From an uncultured virus (IMG/VR IMGVR_UViG_3300028588_000802) (lineage: Duplodnaviria; Heunggongvirae; Uroviricota; Caudoviricetes): 64,000 nucleotides of DNA. Every line of letters begins with the position of its first letter. Within the stretch, counting starts at the first letter, position 1. Below the pieces are notes generated by a model. That model was not told the origin of the DNA and did no database searches. It saw only the letters and a program-made list of their open reading frames with translations. Made by a program: the position numbers and the translations under genes. Where the stretch lies: IMG/VR virus record IMGVR_UViG_3300028588_000802; one strand, 5' to 3'. This document shows, in pieces, positions 49,422-59,654 of the stretch.

Positions 49422-50045
49422 TCACGTAGGAGTGGTCGGCGTTGACGTGTGCCAGAAGATGGTGCGCAGCAGTTCACGCTCAGCATCGGCCAACAAATTC
49501 GACTTGGACAACTTATCGTACAACTCCAGCTTCGCCGGCTGTTCCAGTGGGGCAGCCAGTGCGGCGGCCATTGGTTCCGCAGTTGGTTCTTCAACCGGCG
49601 CCAGCAAGAACGGGAAGGTGTTCTGGAGCAGCAGCGCCAGTTCACGCTCACAGTTGTCTTTCAGCGTTGGGGAAGATGCGATGGCCTTTGCCAAGTGCGT
49701 GCGCATGAAGCTGAGGATTTCGCTCTTTGCCGGGTCAAAGCTGTCCTTCTTTTGGATACCGGCGAGGAGCCGGCGGTAGAGGGGAACCACGACCATCAGT
49801 TCACGTTGCGCCACGCGGCGGGCCTCGACCGCCTCATAGTGCTGGGTGAGTTTGTCCAGCTTCAGCCTCAGCTTCGGTGTCCCGTAGCGCGGCTCGCCAT
49901 TCGCCAGGTTGGTGAAGATGAGCTGATTGCTCGCATGGTAAATTTCTCGACGTTGGCGAATGATGCCTTCGAAGAGAGCGAACAGTGCGGGAACGAATTC
50001 TCGCGGTGCGCGAGAGGTGGAAACAACTGGTTGCTGTACCGTCAT
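49422..50045 (-). CDS. hypothetical protein
   Basis: motif variant at 50061-50081. Confidence 0.6.
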   Translation of the reverse strand: MTVQQPVVSTSRAPREFVPALFALFEGIIRQRREIYHASNQLIFTNLANGEPRYGTPKLRLKLDKLTQHYEAVEARRVAQRELMVVVPLYRRLLAGIQKKDSFDPAKSEILSFMRTHLAKAIASSPTLKDNCERELALLLQNTFPFLLAPVEEPTAEPMAAALAAPLEQPAKLELYDKLSKSNLLADAERELLRTIFWHTSTPTTPT

Positions 50046-50158
50046 GGGTTTCTTTCAAAGAGTTGGCCTATGTAATGTAGGTACTCAAGTGATTATTCGT
50101 TTTGTATCATTCAATATAGCAGGTATAATACGCGTTTCTCGAACTGCGGATTTCCCCA

Positions 50159-50425
50159 ATGCCTACCGCCAAAAAGGTTGCCCCGCCTAAAATGGTGGAC
50201 GTTACGCCAGGTCAGCTGAGCATCGAGCGGGTGGGTGGCTGGACTCAGGCCGGCTTGGTGGCCATGACGTACCACGAGGCGCTACCAGGTGGACGCGTTG
50301 AAATCATCTCCAAGCGGCACCTGTACCATCCAATCGCCGGCCGAGACCTGTACCCTCTACCGGAGCAGCTAGAAGCCATGAAGGCCGGACAGCCGGTCAA
50401 GTTCACGGGCAAGCAGTGGGCCTAG
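50159..50425 (+). CDS. small hypothetical protein
   Basis: 88-aa ORF after TATAAT. Confidence 0.5.
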   Translation: MPTAKKVAPPKMVDVTPGQLSIERVGGWTQAGLVAMTYHEALPGGRVEIISKRHLYHPIAGRDLYPLPEQLEAMKAGQPVKFTGKQWA

Positions 50426-50465
50426 CCTAGTTTCTACACTGGTCAGGACAACTATCTCGGAGTAA

Positions 50466-50918
50466 ATGATGAATGAGAAACTGGTAACGACTCTGCTGTT
50501 CTCGGAGGACTTCAGCGATGTGCTTATCGCTCGCGTTGCGGCCGACGAAGGGAAGTCGGTAATCGGGTTCCCGCAGAATGTGGCGCCTGCAGGAGAAGTT
50601 ACGTACTGCAGTTTGCCGTGTTTAGCGGCAACGCGGGCGATTAAGGCGGCAGTTGGTTTGGAAATTCCGCTGCAAGATTGGTTCCTCGCCAAGCACACAC
50701 CAGGGCGTGTCGACGAATGGGCGGTTTACGCTACGGTGCCGCGCGAGGTGCTCTTCCGAGCCGCGTCGAATGTCGATGGCGTCGTTTACGTGCTTCCTGT
50801 CAGTGCGGTTCTCACTGATGCATGGGCAGACCCGAGCAAGTACAGTCCGGCCTTCCTCGTCCTCCTGGCGGCAGCGCGTACCAAAGCAGCCGAACGCAAA
50901 AAGTCATTCGAGTACTAA
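50466..50918 (+). CDS. hypothetical protein (possibly degenerate Nudix fold)
   Basis: motif at 50433-50453; GE....AATRAIKAAVGL resembles a decayed Nudix box. Confidence 0.55.
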   Translation: MMNEKLVTTLLFSEDFSDVLIARVAADEGKSVIGFPQNVAPAGEVTYCSLPCLAATRAIKAAVGLEIPLQDWFLAKHTPGRVDEWAVYATVPREVLFRAASNVDGVVYVLPVSAVLTDAWADPSKYSPAFLVLLAAARTKAAERKKSFEY

Positions 50919-51070
50919 GAGTCGGCGGTTTTTGACCTGTTCCAGGCGACGAGCAATCGTCGCCTTTTTTCGAGAAGTGTTGCGGCAGGACTGCAGGCAA
51001 GGCTCGTTGCTTGAAACCAATATAGCACCAGTGTACAATCGGTTCCACTAGGAAACTTTTGGATATTGGA

Positions 51071-51529
51071 ATGCCCCGCAACTCCCGCCCTCGTAAGAAA
51101 TACGTACCGAAACCGGACGACTCCATCCTGATGCGTTTCAGCGAAGAGGATGAACGTCAGTTCCAGCTGGCCCCGCATGTGCAGCTGACCAGCCTCATGC
51201 ACGGCAATGGCGACAGCTACGCCTGGGATACGCTGGAATTGCGTCTCAAGTGGGCGCGGAATCTGGCTGAGAAAAAGGCCTTGCCGGAGGTAGTCGCCGA
51301 GCTCGATAAAGGCTTCTCATCCCTGCTCGAAGTGCACAACCGTTACTCCCTCATCGCCCGCTATGGCGTCTCCGGCGCCGAGGCAACGAGCCTAGGTGAC
51401 AGCCTGAACCTGGCCGACGAACTGCAGGTCGCATCGACCAAGAGGGAACTGCGCGATTCCCTCAACCTAACCCTTGCCAGTCTGCGGCGTAACCCGTCGT
51501 TGGACAGAAAGAACTGCTTCGCTTCATGA
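51071..51529 (+). CDS. hypothetical protein
   Basis: basic N-terminus RPRKKYVPKP; coupled to the next gene. Confidence 0.6.
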   Translation: MPRNSRPRKKYVPKPDDSILMRFSEEDERQFQLAPHVQLTSLMHGNGDSYAWDTLELRLKWARNLAEKKALPEVVAELDKGFSSLLEVHNRYSLIARYGVSGAEATSLGDSLNLADELQVASTKRELRDSLNLTLASLRRNPSLDRKNCFAS

Positions 51530-52347
51530 GCTATTTGCCTACCGCACCACGCATTCGCCGCTTGGCGGCAAACGTGAACGGCACCGACTACGTTTGCGGT
51601 GACATCCACGGCGCGTACAACACTGTTTTGGCCGCAATGAAGGCCGCAAACTTCGACGGTTCGCGCGACCGTCTCATCGTTCCCGGCGACCTGATTGACC
51701 GTGGTGCGGACTCGTGGCGCTGCGCCCGGTTCGCGCGTCTCCCGTACGTCGAAGCTCTTCGCGGTAACCACGAAGACATGCTCCTCGAACTGTACAAGGA
51801 CGGCCCTCCCGACGAAGCGGTGCTGCAGTGGGCGGCTCGCCACAACGGCTTCGGCTGGTGGCTATCGGTCCCGGATGAACTTCGCCACGAAATCCTGGTC
51901 GAGTTGGCCAAGCTTCCGACCATCATCGAGCTCGAGACGCCGCGGGGCCTGGTTGGCTTCGTGCACGCCGACGTTCCGGCCGGCATGGACTGGCAGACCT
52001 TCACTCGCGAGGTCGAAGCCGAGAACCCGGAGGTGCTGGAAACCGCACTCTGGGGTCGCGACCGCATCACCGAAGGCAACATCGATGGCGTCAAGGGCAT
52101 CGGACGCGTGTTTGTGGGGCACACCCCTCAATGGGACGGTATTCAACGTTTCGGGAACGTCTACGCTTGCGACACGGGCGCTATCTTCGGCGAGATGGGT
52201 TTGAAGGCCGAAGGGCGGTTGACCTTTGCGCAAGCGATGTGCCAGACCCGTGTCCTGACTGCGCCGCGCGAACCGGCGCTCGTGGACATTCGACGTGACC
52301 TGTCGAACGAGCCGATTCGGCCTTTCGGCAACTATCTGGGCTGCTGA
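51526..52347 (+). CDS. metallophosphoesterase (NinI/PphA-like Ser/Thr phosphatase)
   Basis: GDIHG, GDLIDRG, RGNHE, FVHA, GHTP, DTGA. Confidence 0.9.
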   Translation: MSYLPTAPRIRRLAANVNGTDYVCGDIHGAYNTVLAAMKAANFDGSRDRLIVPGDLIDRGADSWRCARFARLPYVEALRGNHEDMLLELYKDGPPDEAVLQWAARHNGFGWWLSVPDELRHEILVELAKLPTIIELETPRGLVGFVHADVPAGMDWQTFTREVEAENPEVLETALWGRDRITEGNIDGVKGIGRVFVGHTPQWDGIQRFGNVYACDTGAIFGEMGLKAEGRLTFAQAMCQTRVLTAPREPALVDIRRDLSNEPIRPFGNYLGC

Positions 52348-52439
52348 CCCGCCTTTCGAAAGATGCACCAGGCGGCGATGGCCGCCTGTTTTCGTTTACG
52401 CCGGCGCCATGCACGCTCGGCTGAACAAGGAGAACACAT

Positions 52440-53321
52440 ATGGAAGTGATGGCACATAAGGATTCGGTTACTGGGCGCCTGTTCGAGTCGAAGGAGCAAT
52501 TCGACCAGTTCCAAGAGGAGCAGCGAAAGGTTGCGGAGGCCGCAACACGTCGCGAGCTGCTCTTGGGGCAGTTGGCTGATTTGAAGCGCTACGTGCCTGA
52601 ACATTTCGAGACGCCTTCGGATTTAGCGCATGTCGTGACGGCGGCTTACACCAAGTTCCTGGACATTTCCAATGAACTGGTCGTGGGCGGGACGGCCAAA
52701 CGACCCAAGCGTCAGCCGCTGAAGCTGACGGACGTTAGTGTTAGCCGCATCAAAATCACGGCCCCCGGCATCCGGGAGCCCGGGATGTTCTCGGCGTATG
52801 TACGTGTCACGCTCTCCGAAGAGCCTATGTTTCGCACGAACAAGGAAGGGGAGTTTTCGGTCTACCTCGACAACGTACTTGCACCTCTTGCCCTGGGGTG
52901 CGGTGGGGCCTCGTCGAACGACGACGGCACCTATGAGATTCGCTCGGAGCTTCGTGCTCCGTTGAGTAAGCTGCCGCGTCTCGCTAAGCGCCTGGAAACG
53001 CTGGCAGAGCTGTACATCGCCCGCTCCGAGCACTTGCAACGCATCGAAAACGCGGCGGCGCAGGTGGCCGCGGCCGACGAGGAGCACATCCGCCTAGCCG
53101 ACGAAGCGGTGCAGGCCACTCAGCTCGCCCAGGAAGCCCTTCGGAAGGCCGAGGCTGCACGTGAGGCCGTCGAGCGCCATGATGCGGAGTTGACGGCGCA
53201 GCATGCTGCAGAGAACCCATTCAACCGTCAATCTCTGTGGGAGGCCGCGACAGCCGGCTTCGAGGGCCAGCTCGACGAATTCTCGTTCGGGATGGCGCTG
53301 GTATCCATGGAACGGAAATAG
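52440..53321 (+). CDS. hypothetical protein
   Basis: 293-aa ORF with AGGAG RBS. Confidence 0.65.
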   Translation: MEVMAHKDSVTGRLFESKEQFDQFQEEQRKVAEAATRRELLLGQLADLKRYVPEHFETPSDLAHVVTAAYTKFLDISNELVVGGTAKRPKRQPLKLTDVSVSRIKITAPGIREPGMFSAYVRVTLSEEPMFRTNKEGEFSVYLDNVLAPLALGCGGASSNDDGTYEIRSELRAPLSKLPRLAKRLETLAELYIARSEHLQRIENAAAQVAAADEEHIRLADEAVQATQLAQEALRKAEAAREAVERHDAELTAQHAAENPFNRQSLWEAATAGFEGQLDEFSFGMALVSMERK

Positions 53322-53395
53322 CGCTGTCGGCCCCAGCCGGCCTTTTCGGTCGGCTGTTTTTTCTGGATAATCCGCGGGAACTCTGAAAGGCACTC

Positions 53396-53794
53396 GTGAA
53401 AGAATTTACGTTGCGCAACAAGGCCAGCAATAGGCCAATCATGACGCTGACACCCGCAATGTTGGCGAAGATGCTCGCCGCGCGCCCAGAGTCGGTGAGC
53501 CTAGTGCTGGCCAAGAAGCGGCACGACTATAAGCAGCTCACGGGGAAGACGTTGTCCATCGACCATGAGCAAGAACTGGCTCTCTTGGCGCACGCCGGCG
53601 CCGATGCGCGCGGGACGTGGCTAAATCGTTATTCGCATCTTCCCTATCCGTTGACGATGGTGAAGCCCATATTCGCCGACGGGTTTATGCTTCGTTCAAT
53701 GTCGGGAAGTATGGAAGAAGACCTGACGCTGGTCGAATCGTTCCATGCACTATTGGACGCACACCTGCCGGTAATCACGCCAAGCGATAGTTGA
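53396..53794 (+). CDS. hypothetical protein
   Basis: 132-aa ORF. Confidence 0.5.
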   Translation: MKEFTLRNKASNRPIMTLTPAMLAKMLAARPESVSLVLAKKRHDYKQLTGKTLSIDHEQELALLAHAGADARGTWLNRYSHLPYPLTMVKPIFADGFMLRSMSGSMEEDLTLVESFHALLDAHLPVITPSDS

Positions 53795-53914
53795 GGGTAT
53801 TCCTCACTTTTTGAACGGCCGGGCACTAACTAATGCTATAATAATGCTTACAAAAAGACACGTCAAAAACTGAGTCGGCGACCATTTACCCGGCTAAACT
53901 AGAAGGAATACGAC

Positions 53915-54442
53915 ATGCGTCGCGGTGAGAATGTTTCAGAAGGGTTCGTGAATTTTCCGTTCGACTCCCCGGACTACCCAATCGCAGGTGGCCGCGGAAT
54001 GTTCGTCAAGCTCGTAGTTTTAGAAAGTGCCCCGGATAGTACCGAGCCACTAGGAATGTGCTGCGGCGTCATCGTTTCGGACATGCGCCAAGAAATCCTT
54101 GTAGGTGACGACCTGCGTCCTTACGTGGACCGGCACATACCCGACGATGCCAAGGGTGAAGAAATTCTCAAATACATGGACGAAGGGCAGAAGGCGCAGC
54201 TTGAATGGATGCGATTCCATTTCCCGCGCGAGGGGGGCGAAGGCCTGGAAGCGTACATCTCTCGCGGCTACCGCGCCTCTATCGTCATGGGCTCCACCGG
54301 CTGGTCGGGCTACTCGAATACGGCCGGCAACTGGCGAGCGACGTTCGACGACCTCACGGATGACGGAAAGGCGCTCTATCGTCTGATGCAGCAGCTGAAC
54401 CCCGGTTGCCCCGTCCACTTGCTGACCTTCCTCGACACCTGA
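53915..54442 (+). CDS. hypothetical protein
   Basis: 175-aa ORF with AAGGA RBS and TGCTATAAT upstream. Confidence 0.6.
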   Translation: MRRGENVSEGFVNFPFDSPDYPIAGGRGMFVKLVVLESAPDSTEPLGMCCGVIVSDMRQEILVGDDLRPYVDRHIPDDAKGEEILKYMDEGQKAQLEWMRFHFPREGGEGLEAYISRGYRASIVMGSTGWSGYSNTAGNWRATFDDLTDDGKALYRLMQQLNPGCPVHLLTFLDT

Positions 54443-54453
54443 GCTCGCTCGGG

Positions 54454-54927
54454 TCACTTCGGATGTGACCCTGTTTGCCTCGACAACGGCAGCACTCGGT
54501 CCTGGAGTGCCATGGCAAGCAGCACGTCGTAGCCCTCGAACGGAGCCCCCGCCAGCGCTTGCAGAGCGCTCAGCGGCGGTGCAACGGCCAGGTCCGGGGG
54601 TAGTGCCGGCGCAACTGAATAATAGCTGCCGCAGTCAAGCGTCACCTCCCGGGGCCCGACTTCGAGCCCACGTTTCCGCAGCAAGGCCTTAGCTTGGTCA
54701 ACAGCGGCTTCCGCCGCCTCGCCGGCTGGGCAGAACATGTCCATCGTCCCGTCAGGGTAGGTGACAAGACGCGGGCTACCAGCGCCAGTCGCGAGCGGCG
54801 CAAGCACTTCTTCCGCGGCCAGGCAGCTTAACGCAGGGTCGCGCAGCAAATGGGACATGAGATTCCTCAGTGTTGCGAAAGTTTCATCGGAAGCCTGCAG
54901 CATACTGCGCTTTGGGCAGCCTATCAA
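54454..54927 (-). CDS. hypothetical protein
   Basis: 157-aa ORF; start uncertain. Confidence 0.45.
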   Translation of the reverse strand: MIGCPKRSMLQASDETFATLRNLMSHLLRDPALSCLAAEEVLAPLATGAGSPRLVTYPDGTMDMFCPAGEAAEAAVDQAKALLRKRGLEVGPREVTLDCGSYYSVAPALPPDLAVAPPLSALQALAGAPFEGYDVLLAMALQDRVLPLSRQTGSHPK

Positions 54928-55017
54928 GCGAGAACAGGAAACGATTTGTGATTCCGGATATTGTGGGCGCCAATAGGAGCTATACGAGGTAGGCCCACTC
55001 TTATTTTAGGACTTCTC

Positions 55018-56064
55018 ATGCTCAAAAAACTCCCACTCGAAAACCTGAACAACGCCTTCGACAAGCAGTTCCTGGCGATGCGCTATCTGCTCCTCGGCCT
55101 CCTCGAGGACAAACCACAGTACGTACGAGCACTCCATTCGCTGGAAGCAGCTACGCCGTACGTCGAAGCTTTCAACGCTAACGGCTGGGTGGACACCTAT
55201 TACCAGGCGGCACTCGTCTCGGCCTTCGACCTGTACAGCAATAGCGACGCTGCCGTCGACCTGACAGACGACCTTGTCCGGCTGCTGACGCCGAATTTCA
55301 GTCAGTTCCCAGTGGTGCAAGTCGACCCGGCGGCAGACGAAGACGAGGGCGACAGCATGATGCCCCAGTTGGTCGGCCTGCCGGCGATGGTCAGCGGTAA
55401 CTTCGACAAGCTGTTCGTGTCGATGCAGTTCTACCTGCTCGGGCTTGCCCGCCATGACCCGTCTTACCTGGTGGCCTACGACGCATTGATGTACACGTCG
55501 AAAATCCACACGGGCTTCCGCAAGAACGGCAAGACGCCGGAGTTCCAGCACCAGCTCGAGATTGCGCACTTGATGCGCACCCTCAAGCGTTACATGATGT
55601 ACCCAGCTGAAACGCTTGCGGCGATTTTCCTCCATGACACGCCGGAGGATTACGACGTCGAACGTGCCGAGCTGGAAAAGCGTTTCGGCCCTCGTGTGGC
55701 GCATTCGGCGATGTTGCTGAACAAGTACGATGAGCAAGGCAACGCGAAGCCGCTGGACGAGTACTACTCGGCGCTGGCGTATGACCCAATCGCCTCGATT
55801 GCAAAGCCTGGGGATAATGCGCATAACCAGTCGACGATGCCAGGTGTGTTTGGGTTCAAGAAGCAGCACGATTACACCCAGAACATCCGCATGCGTAGCT
55901 GGAGCATGATGAAGGTTGCGCGCCGGCTGCACCCGCTGCAGGAGCCGATTTACCAGAACCTGGGCTTCATTCTGCGCACGCAGTACAACGGCGTTCAGGC
56001 AATGCTCGATGCACTGAAGTTCGACCCAGACACGGGCCGAATCCACCCTGCGCTCGAAGCGTAA
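55018..56064 (+). CDS. HD-domain hydrolase (SpoT/Mesh1-like)
   Basis: H.GFRKNG.TPEFQHQLEIA, AAIFLHDTPED, K..DN.HN; motif at 54979-54999. Confidence 0.75.
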   Translation: MLKKLPLENLNNAFDKQFLAMRYLLLGLLEDKPQYVRALHSLEAATPYVEAFNANGWVDTYYQAALVSAFDLYSNSDAAVDLTDDLVRLLTPNFSQFPVVQVDPAADEDEGDSMMPQLVGLPAMVSGNFDKLFVSMQFYLLGLARHDPSYLVAYDALMYTSKIHTGFRKNGKTPEFQHQLEIAHLMRTLKRYMMYPAETLAAIFLHDTPEDYDVERAELEKRFGPRVAHSAMLLNKYDEQGNAKPLDEYYSALAYDPIASIAKPGDNAHNQSTMPGVFGFKKQHDYTQNIRMRSWSMMKVARRLHPLQEPIYQNLGFILRTQYNGVQAMLDALKFDPDTGRIHPALEA

Positions 56065-56069
56065 TTCCC

Positions 56070-56100
56070 ATGCCACCTCCTAACCGAGGTGGCATTTTTT
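56070..56100 (+). terminator. intrinsic terminator
   Basis: ATGCCACCTC...GAGGTGGCAT followed by T run. Confidence 0.75.
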
Positions 56101-56203
56101 CTGGAGCGGCCTAAGGGGTTAGACTAGGCTATAGTGGGTCAAAGGGTGCGGGGGGGCGGCGTCCGGCCGCTCGCTACACCAGAGAGGACAACTACCAAGG
56201 ACT

Positions 56204-56659
56204 ATGATGTCGAAGCAACAGAACCCACGACAGAAGCAAGAACAAATCGATGCATTGGCGGCAAAGCTTGCTGCCGCGGAGCCCGAAGTCATGCCGACGG
56301 GTGTGCCGTTCTACGCGTCGTTCGATGAATACGTGCAGGACCATCCGGACGGCGAGAAGTATCGCGCCTGGCTCACCAACAACAATCGTAATGCGGTTTC
56401 GCTGGTCCTGATGCGAGGCGCCGCAACCCACAATTCACTTCCAGGTGGCTACCTGGCCATTACCTTGAAGGAGTACACGCCGTCAGGCTGCAAGTCATAC
56501 CTGCTGCTCTCGCTGCGAGACAATGACGACGGCTTGGCCATTTCGACCTGGCCGGCCGAAGAGCGCGCCGCAGCGGAATCTGTCGTTGCGAACATGAAGT
56601 TGCTGGCACCTTTCAGCATGCGCGAAGCGGTGGAGGTATTCGGCCTGCGCTTCGACTAA
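56204..56659 (+). CDS. hypothetical protein
   Basis: motif at 56173-56193 and AAGGA RBS. Confidence 0.65.
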   Translation: MMSKQQNPRQKQEQIDALAAKLAAAEPEVMPTGVPFYASFDEYVQDHPDGEKYRAWLTNNNRNAVSLVLMRGAATHNSLPGGYLAITLKEYTPSGCKSYLLLSLRDNDDGLAISTWPAEERAAAESVVANMKLLAPFSMREAVEVFGLRFD

Positions 56660-56761
56660 GCGAATTGGTTTTCATTCGGGAACCCCGCGCGGTACGCTAC
56701 CGCCGGGGTTTTCTTTTGGGTAGCCTTGACCGAGGAGGATGAGGCGGCCTCTCCACGAGGC

Positions 56762-57142
56762 TTAGGCTGCGGAGGATGGCTCCTGCGGAGCAGGGGCGGG
56801 CGTTGGCCACGTATCACGGGCTTGGTCCATCTCGAGGTCGCCGGCGCAGCGCTTGCACAGGGAGTTCTCCTGCGCGCACGGCAGGCAAAGCACGTCGGTA
56901 GCGGAGGTCGAGTACTGTTGTTCCTCGTGACAGCACGCACATGGCTGCTTTGTGAATGCCTGTTGGGCCAGCCGGCGGCCGTAGTGGCAGTTTTTGCAGA
57001 AGTGGCGCTCGAGCCGCGCCGCCTTGTCAGTATCTTCGAGCAAGGCACGGGCTTGCTCCAGGGTCGAGTCGACCCGCAGACGTGCCATCCGCGTCTGTGC
57101 GGACATGAAGTTCTTGTCGAGCTTTGGGGCTGTGCGGTCCAT
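56762..57142 (-). CDS. Cys-rich zinc-finger protein
   Basis: four CxxC pairs. Confidence 0.65.
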   Translation of the reverse strand: MDRTAPKLDKNFMSAQTRMARLRVDSTLEQARALLEDTDKAARLERHFCKNCHYGRRLAQQAFTKQPCACCHEEQQYSTSATDVLCLPCAQENSLCKRCAGDLEMDQARDTWPTPAPAPQEPSSAA

Positions 57143-57155
57143 CGTATCTCCAGGG

Positions 57156-57917
57156 TTATTGGGGGCTTGCCTCGGGGCGGAAGCGTCCGCGTTTGGGTGT
57201 TATCCATTTGCCGGTCGCACGCTGCACCTGGAAGCCTGGTTCCATTGAATAGTCGACATAACCTGGCCAGCCGGCGTCGGTCGTCAGCAAGGTGATACCC
57301 ATCGCCTCCGGCACGCCAGGCACCGCCGCACCAAAATCAAATGACAGAAACGTCTGCATCGGCAGGGTCGTATAGGACCGGGCATTGAACACCTTCAGGC
57401 CTTTGCGAATGACGCCATGCGGCTGCCCCGCATCAAACACGACGATGGTGCCGAAAGAGAGCGGAACTCGCACATCGAGGGCAGGGAACACCAGCTCTAG
57501 GCCACAGCCTTCCTCCGTCCAGACAACGCAGAACACGCTGTCGCCGAAAGCACTGAGGTCGTGGTGGAACGACGCAGCGACGCACCCCAGCGGGCTGACA
57601 CTTGCTCGCTCACGCAGGTCAGGAAGGCCACGCTCCTGCATCCAGGCCATTGCGGCCTCACGAGCCTCATCACAAATAGGATTCGCCCGCACGCAGTCAG
57701 AGGACACCACCACGATATCAGAGGGCTTCGATGTCGGGCTCTTCAACGATTCGTGCCAGGCTGCGCGCTTCCGGGTGATGGAGTCAGGCAGCGCCAGCTG
57801 GCCCGACAACACCTTTTCGCTGATAGTCCGAAACTCGCCGTCTCCGCCAACAACAGGAGAGATGATTTCGACCAGAATGTCCGATGTGCGAATTGAGTTC
57901 ATTTCGACATTATACAC
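57156..57917 (-). CDS. 2OG-Fe(II) dioxygenase-like protein, paralogue 2
   Basis: FHHD...FCVVW...LVFP.LD.RVPL..GT.VVFD..QPHGV. Confidence 0.6.
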   Translation of the reverse strand: MYNVEMNSIRTSDILVEIISPVVGGDGEFRTISEKVLSGQLALPDSITRKRAAWHESLKSPTSKPSDIVVVSSDCVRANPICDEAREAAMAWMQERGLPDLRERASVSPLGCVAASFHHDLSAFGDSVFCVVWTEEGCGLELVFPALDVRVPLSFGTIVVFDAGQPHGVIRKGLKVFNARSYTTLPMQTFLSFDFGAAVPGVPEAMGITLLTTDAGWPGYVDYSMEPGFQVQRATGKWITPKRGRFRPEASPQ

Positions 57918-57979
57918 CTATGTGCTACGTTAATGCGTTCAAGCGGTAATTTAATACCGGAATATGGTATCATGTTGGC

Positions 57980-58570
57980 ATGCCATCTCTAACCCATCCC
58001 TGGTCGGCGCCCGCCGCCAACCTGTCCCTCATCCGCGAAGTCCGATTCACGGCTAGGCCGGGTGCGGTGGTGCCCGCGGCAATGAAGGCCCGGGTGCTGA
58101 CGGCGCTTGCGGCGTGGGTGGAGCAAGCGAGAGCACACGTGTCGAAGGACTTCCCTGCGCCCAACGTAAGCTTCGACCTAAATGGCTCCTGCGCTGGCGA
58201 AGCATACTCCGGGCTTGGGCTGATTAGGCTCAATCCCGTTCTGCTACTCGCGGAGCCTGACACATTCGAGAAAATCATTCTTCCGCATGAGCTGGGGCAC
58301 CTGCTTGCGCACTATCTGCATGGTGACGACATTTCGCCACATGGTGCAGAGTGGGCGGCGGTGATGCGCCTGCTAGGCGTCGAGCCGCGTCGACACCACA
58401 GCATCGTGAACCCAAAGGACGTCGGCGGGTACGCCTGTTCCTGTAATGACGACAATCGGCTTACATATCGGCAGCACCAGAAGGCTCGCACCGGGCAGGT
58501 GTACTGCTGCGTCGAGTGCCATGGGCCACTTACGTACCGTGACGGCGCTTCCGTGGTGGCACCCGACTAG
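57980..58570 (+). CDS. SprT-family zinc metalloprotease
   Basis: IRLNPVL, PHELGHL, PHGAEW, Y.C.C, C..C. Confidence 0.8.
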   Translation: MPSLTHPWSAPAANLSLIREVRFTARPGAVVPAAMKARVLTALAAWVEQARAHVSKDFPAPNVSFDLNGSCAGEAYSGLGLIRLNPVLLLAEPDTFEKIILPHELGHLLAHYLHGDDISPHGAEWAAVMRLLGVEPRRHHSIVNPKDVGGYACSCNDDNRLTYRQHQKARTGQVYCCVECHGPLTYRDGASVVAPD

Positions 58571-58615
58571 GAGTCGGCAGTCGCTATATGGGTATTACCC
58601 CGATGGCCGCTGCTA

Positions 58616-59638
58616 ATGCACTCGACGCCTCTACAACTTCCGCGGGAAGTCCCCATTTCCAAGCGGCGCGCACCGCCCGTTGCCGCGGCGGTTAAAGAAC
58701 GCGCAAGACAGTCCTTGGCCAACTGGGTCGCTATCGCGCAGGCCCGGTTCGGCCAGCCCCTCTTCGTCCCCACTATCAGTTTCGACCTGGTCGGCACAGC
58801 AGGGGGAATGGCGTACACCGAGAAGTTGCACGTCCAGCTCAATGGAGTCCTTTTAACCGAAAACCTCGAAGAATTCGAGCGGCAAATCATTCCGCATGAG
58901 CTGGCGCACCTTTTGGTTCAGTTCCGCCATGGCTTCCCCGGCGGGCATGGCAAAGAGTGGAAGGCCACGATGCGCACGCTTGGGCTTGAGCCGGACCGCA
59001 CGCATAGCCTGGACACAACGAATTCCCGTACCACTCCAGTCGTCCTCGGGTACCGATGCGATTGCGGCCCACGTCCAGTGTCGATGAAAGAGCACCGGAG
59101 TGTTCAGCGTGGGGGATGGATTAAGTGCAAGCGATGTCAGAAGAAGTATGTGCTGGAAGGTGCGCCGCAGCTGAAGATGCCGGGGAAGGCCCCGGTTCCT
59201 CTTTCGCAGGTACGAGTAGTGCCTCGGGGCCGCCCTGTTGCCCCGCCATCCGTGTATCGACCGACACCGCCGGCGCCATCTGCTCGAGCGCCGACTGAGC
59301 GAATGCTTAGTTTTGCGAGCTCTTTGGCGGCTAAACACAGCATCACGTTGGACGCTGCAAGTCGACGTGATTTCAGGGCGTGCCAGGCCTTCTTGGACAA
59401 GTGGAGCAAGGCTCCAGTCGCTCCGCGGCCGGCAGGGCCGGTGCCGCGGCTTGAGCCACGTCCGGCGCCGTTGCCGGCTCCTCGCCCGGCTGTCCCAACT
59501 CCGAACAGTTTTGACGCGCCTACAGAGCGCCAGCTAGAGTATGCCCGCAGCATCGCGTCGCGGAAGAGGCTTGACATCCCTGCTGCTGTCTTGGGGTCCA
59601 AGCGAGGGCTGTCCGCTTGGATTGACCAGCACAAATGA
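58616..59638 (+). CDS. SprT-family metalloprotease with repeated C-terminal domain
   Basis: PHELAHL, HGKEWK, YRCDC; two PTER.L.(F/Y)A.S.A repeats. Confidence 0.8.
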   Translation: MHSTPLQLPREVPISKRRAPPVAAAVKERARQSLANWVAIAQARFGQPLFVPTISFDLVGTAGGMAYTEKLHVQLNGVLLTENLEEFERQIIPHELAHLLVQFRHGFPGGHGKEWKATMRTLGLEPDRTHSLDTTNSRTTPVVLGYRCDCGPRPVSMKEHRSVQRGGWIKCKRCQKKYVLEGAPQLKMPGKAPVPLSQVRVVPRGRPVAPPSVYRPTPPAPSARAPTERMLSFASSLAAKHSITLDAASRRDFRACQAFLDKWSKAPVAPRPAGPVPRLEPRPAPLPAPRPAVPTPNSFDAPTERQLEYARSIASRKRLDIPAAVLGSKRGLSAWIDQHK

Positions 59639-59654
59639 CAAGACCCTAGCAGGC

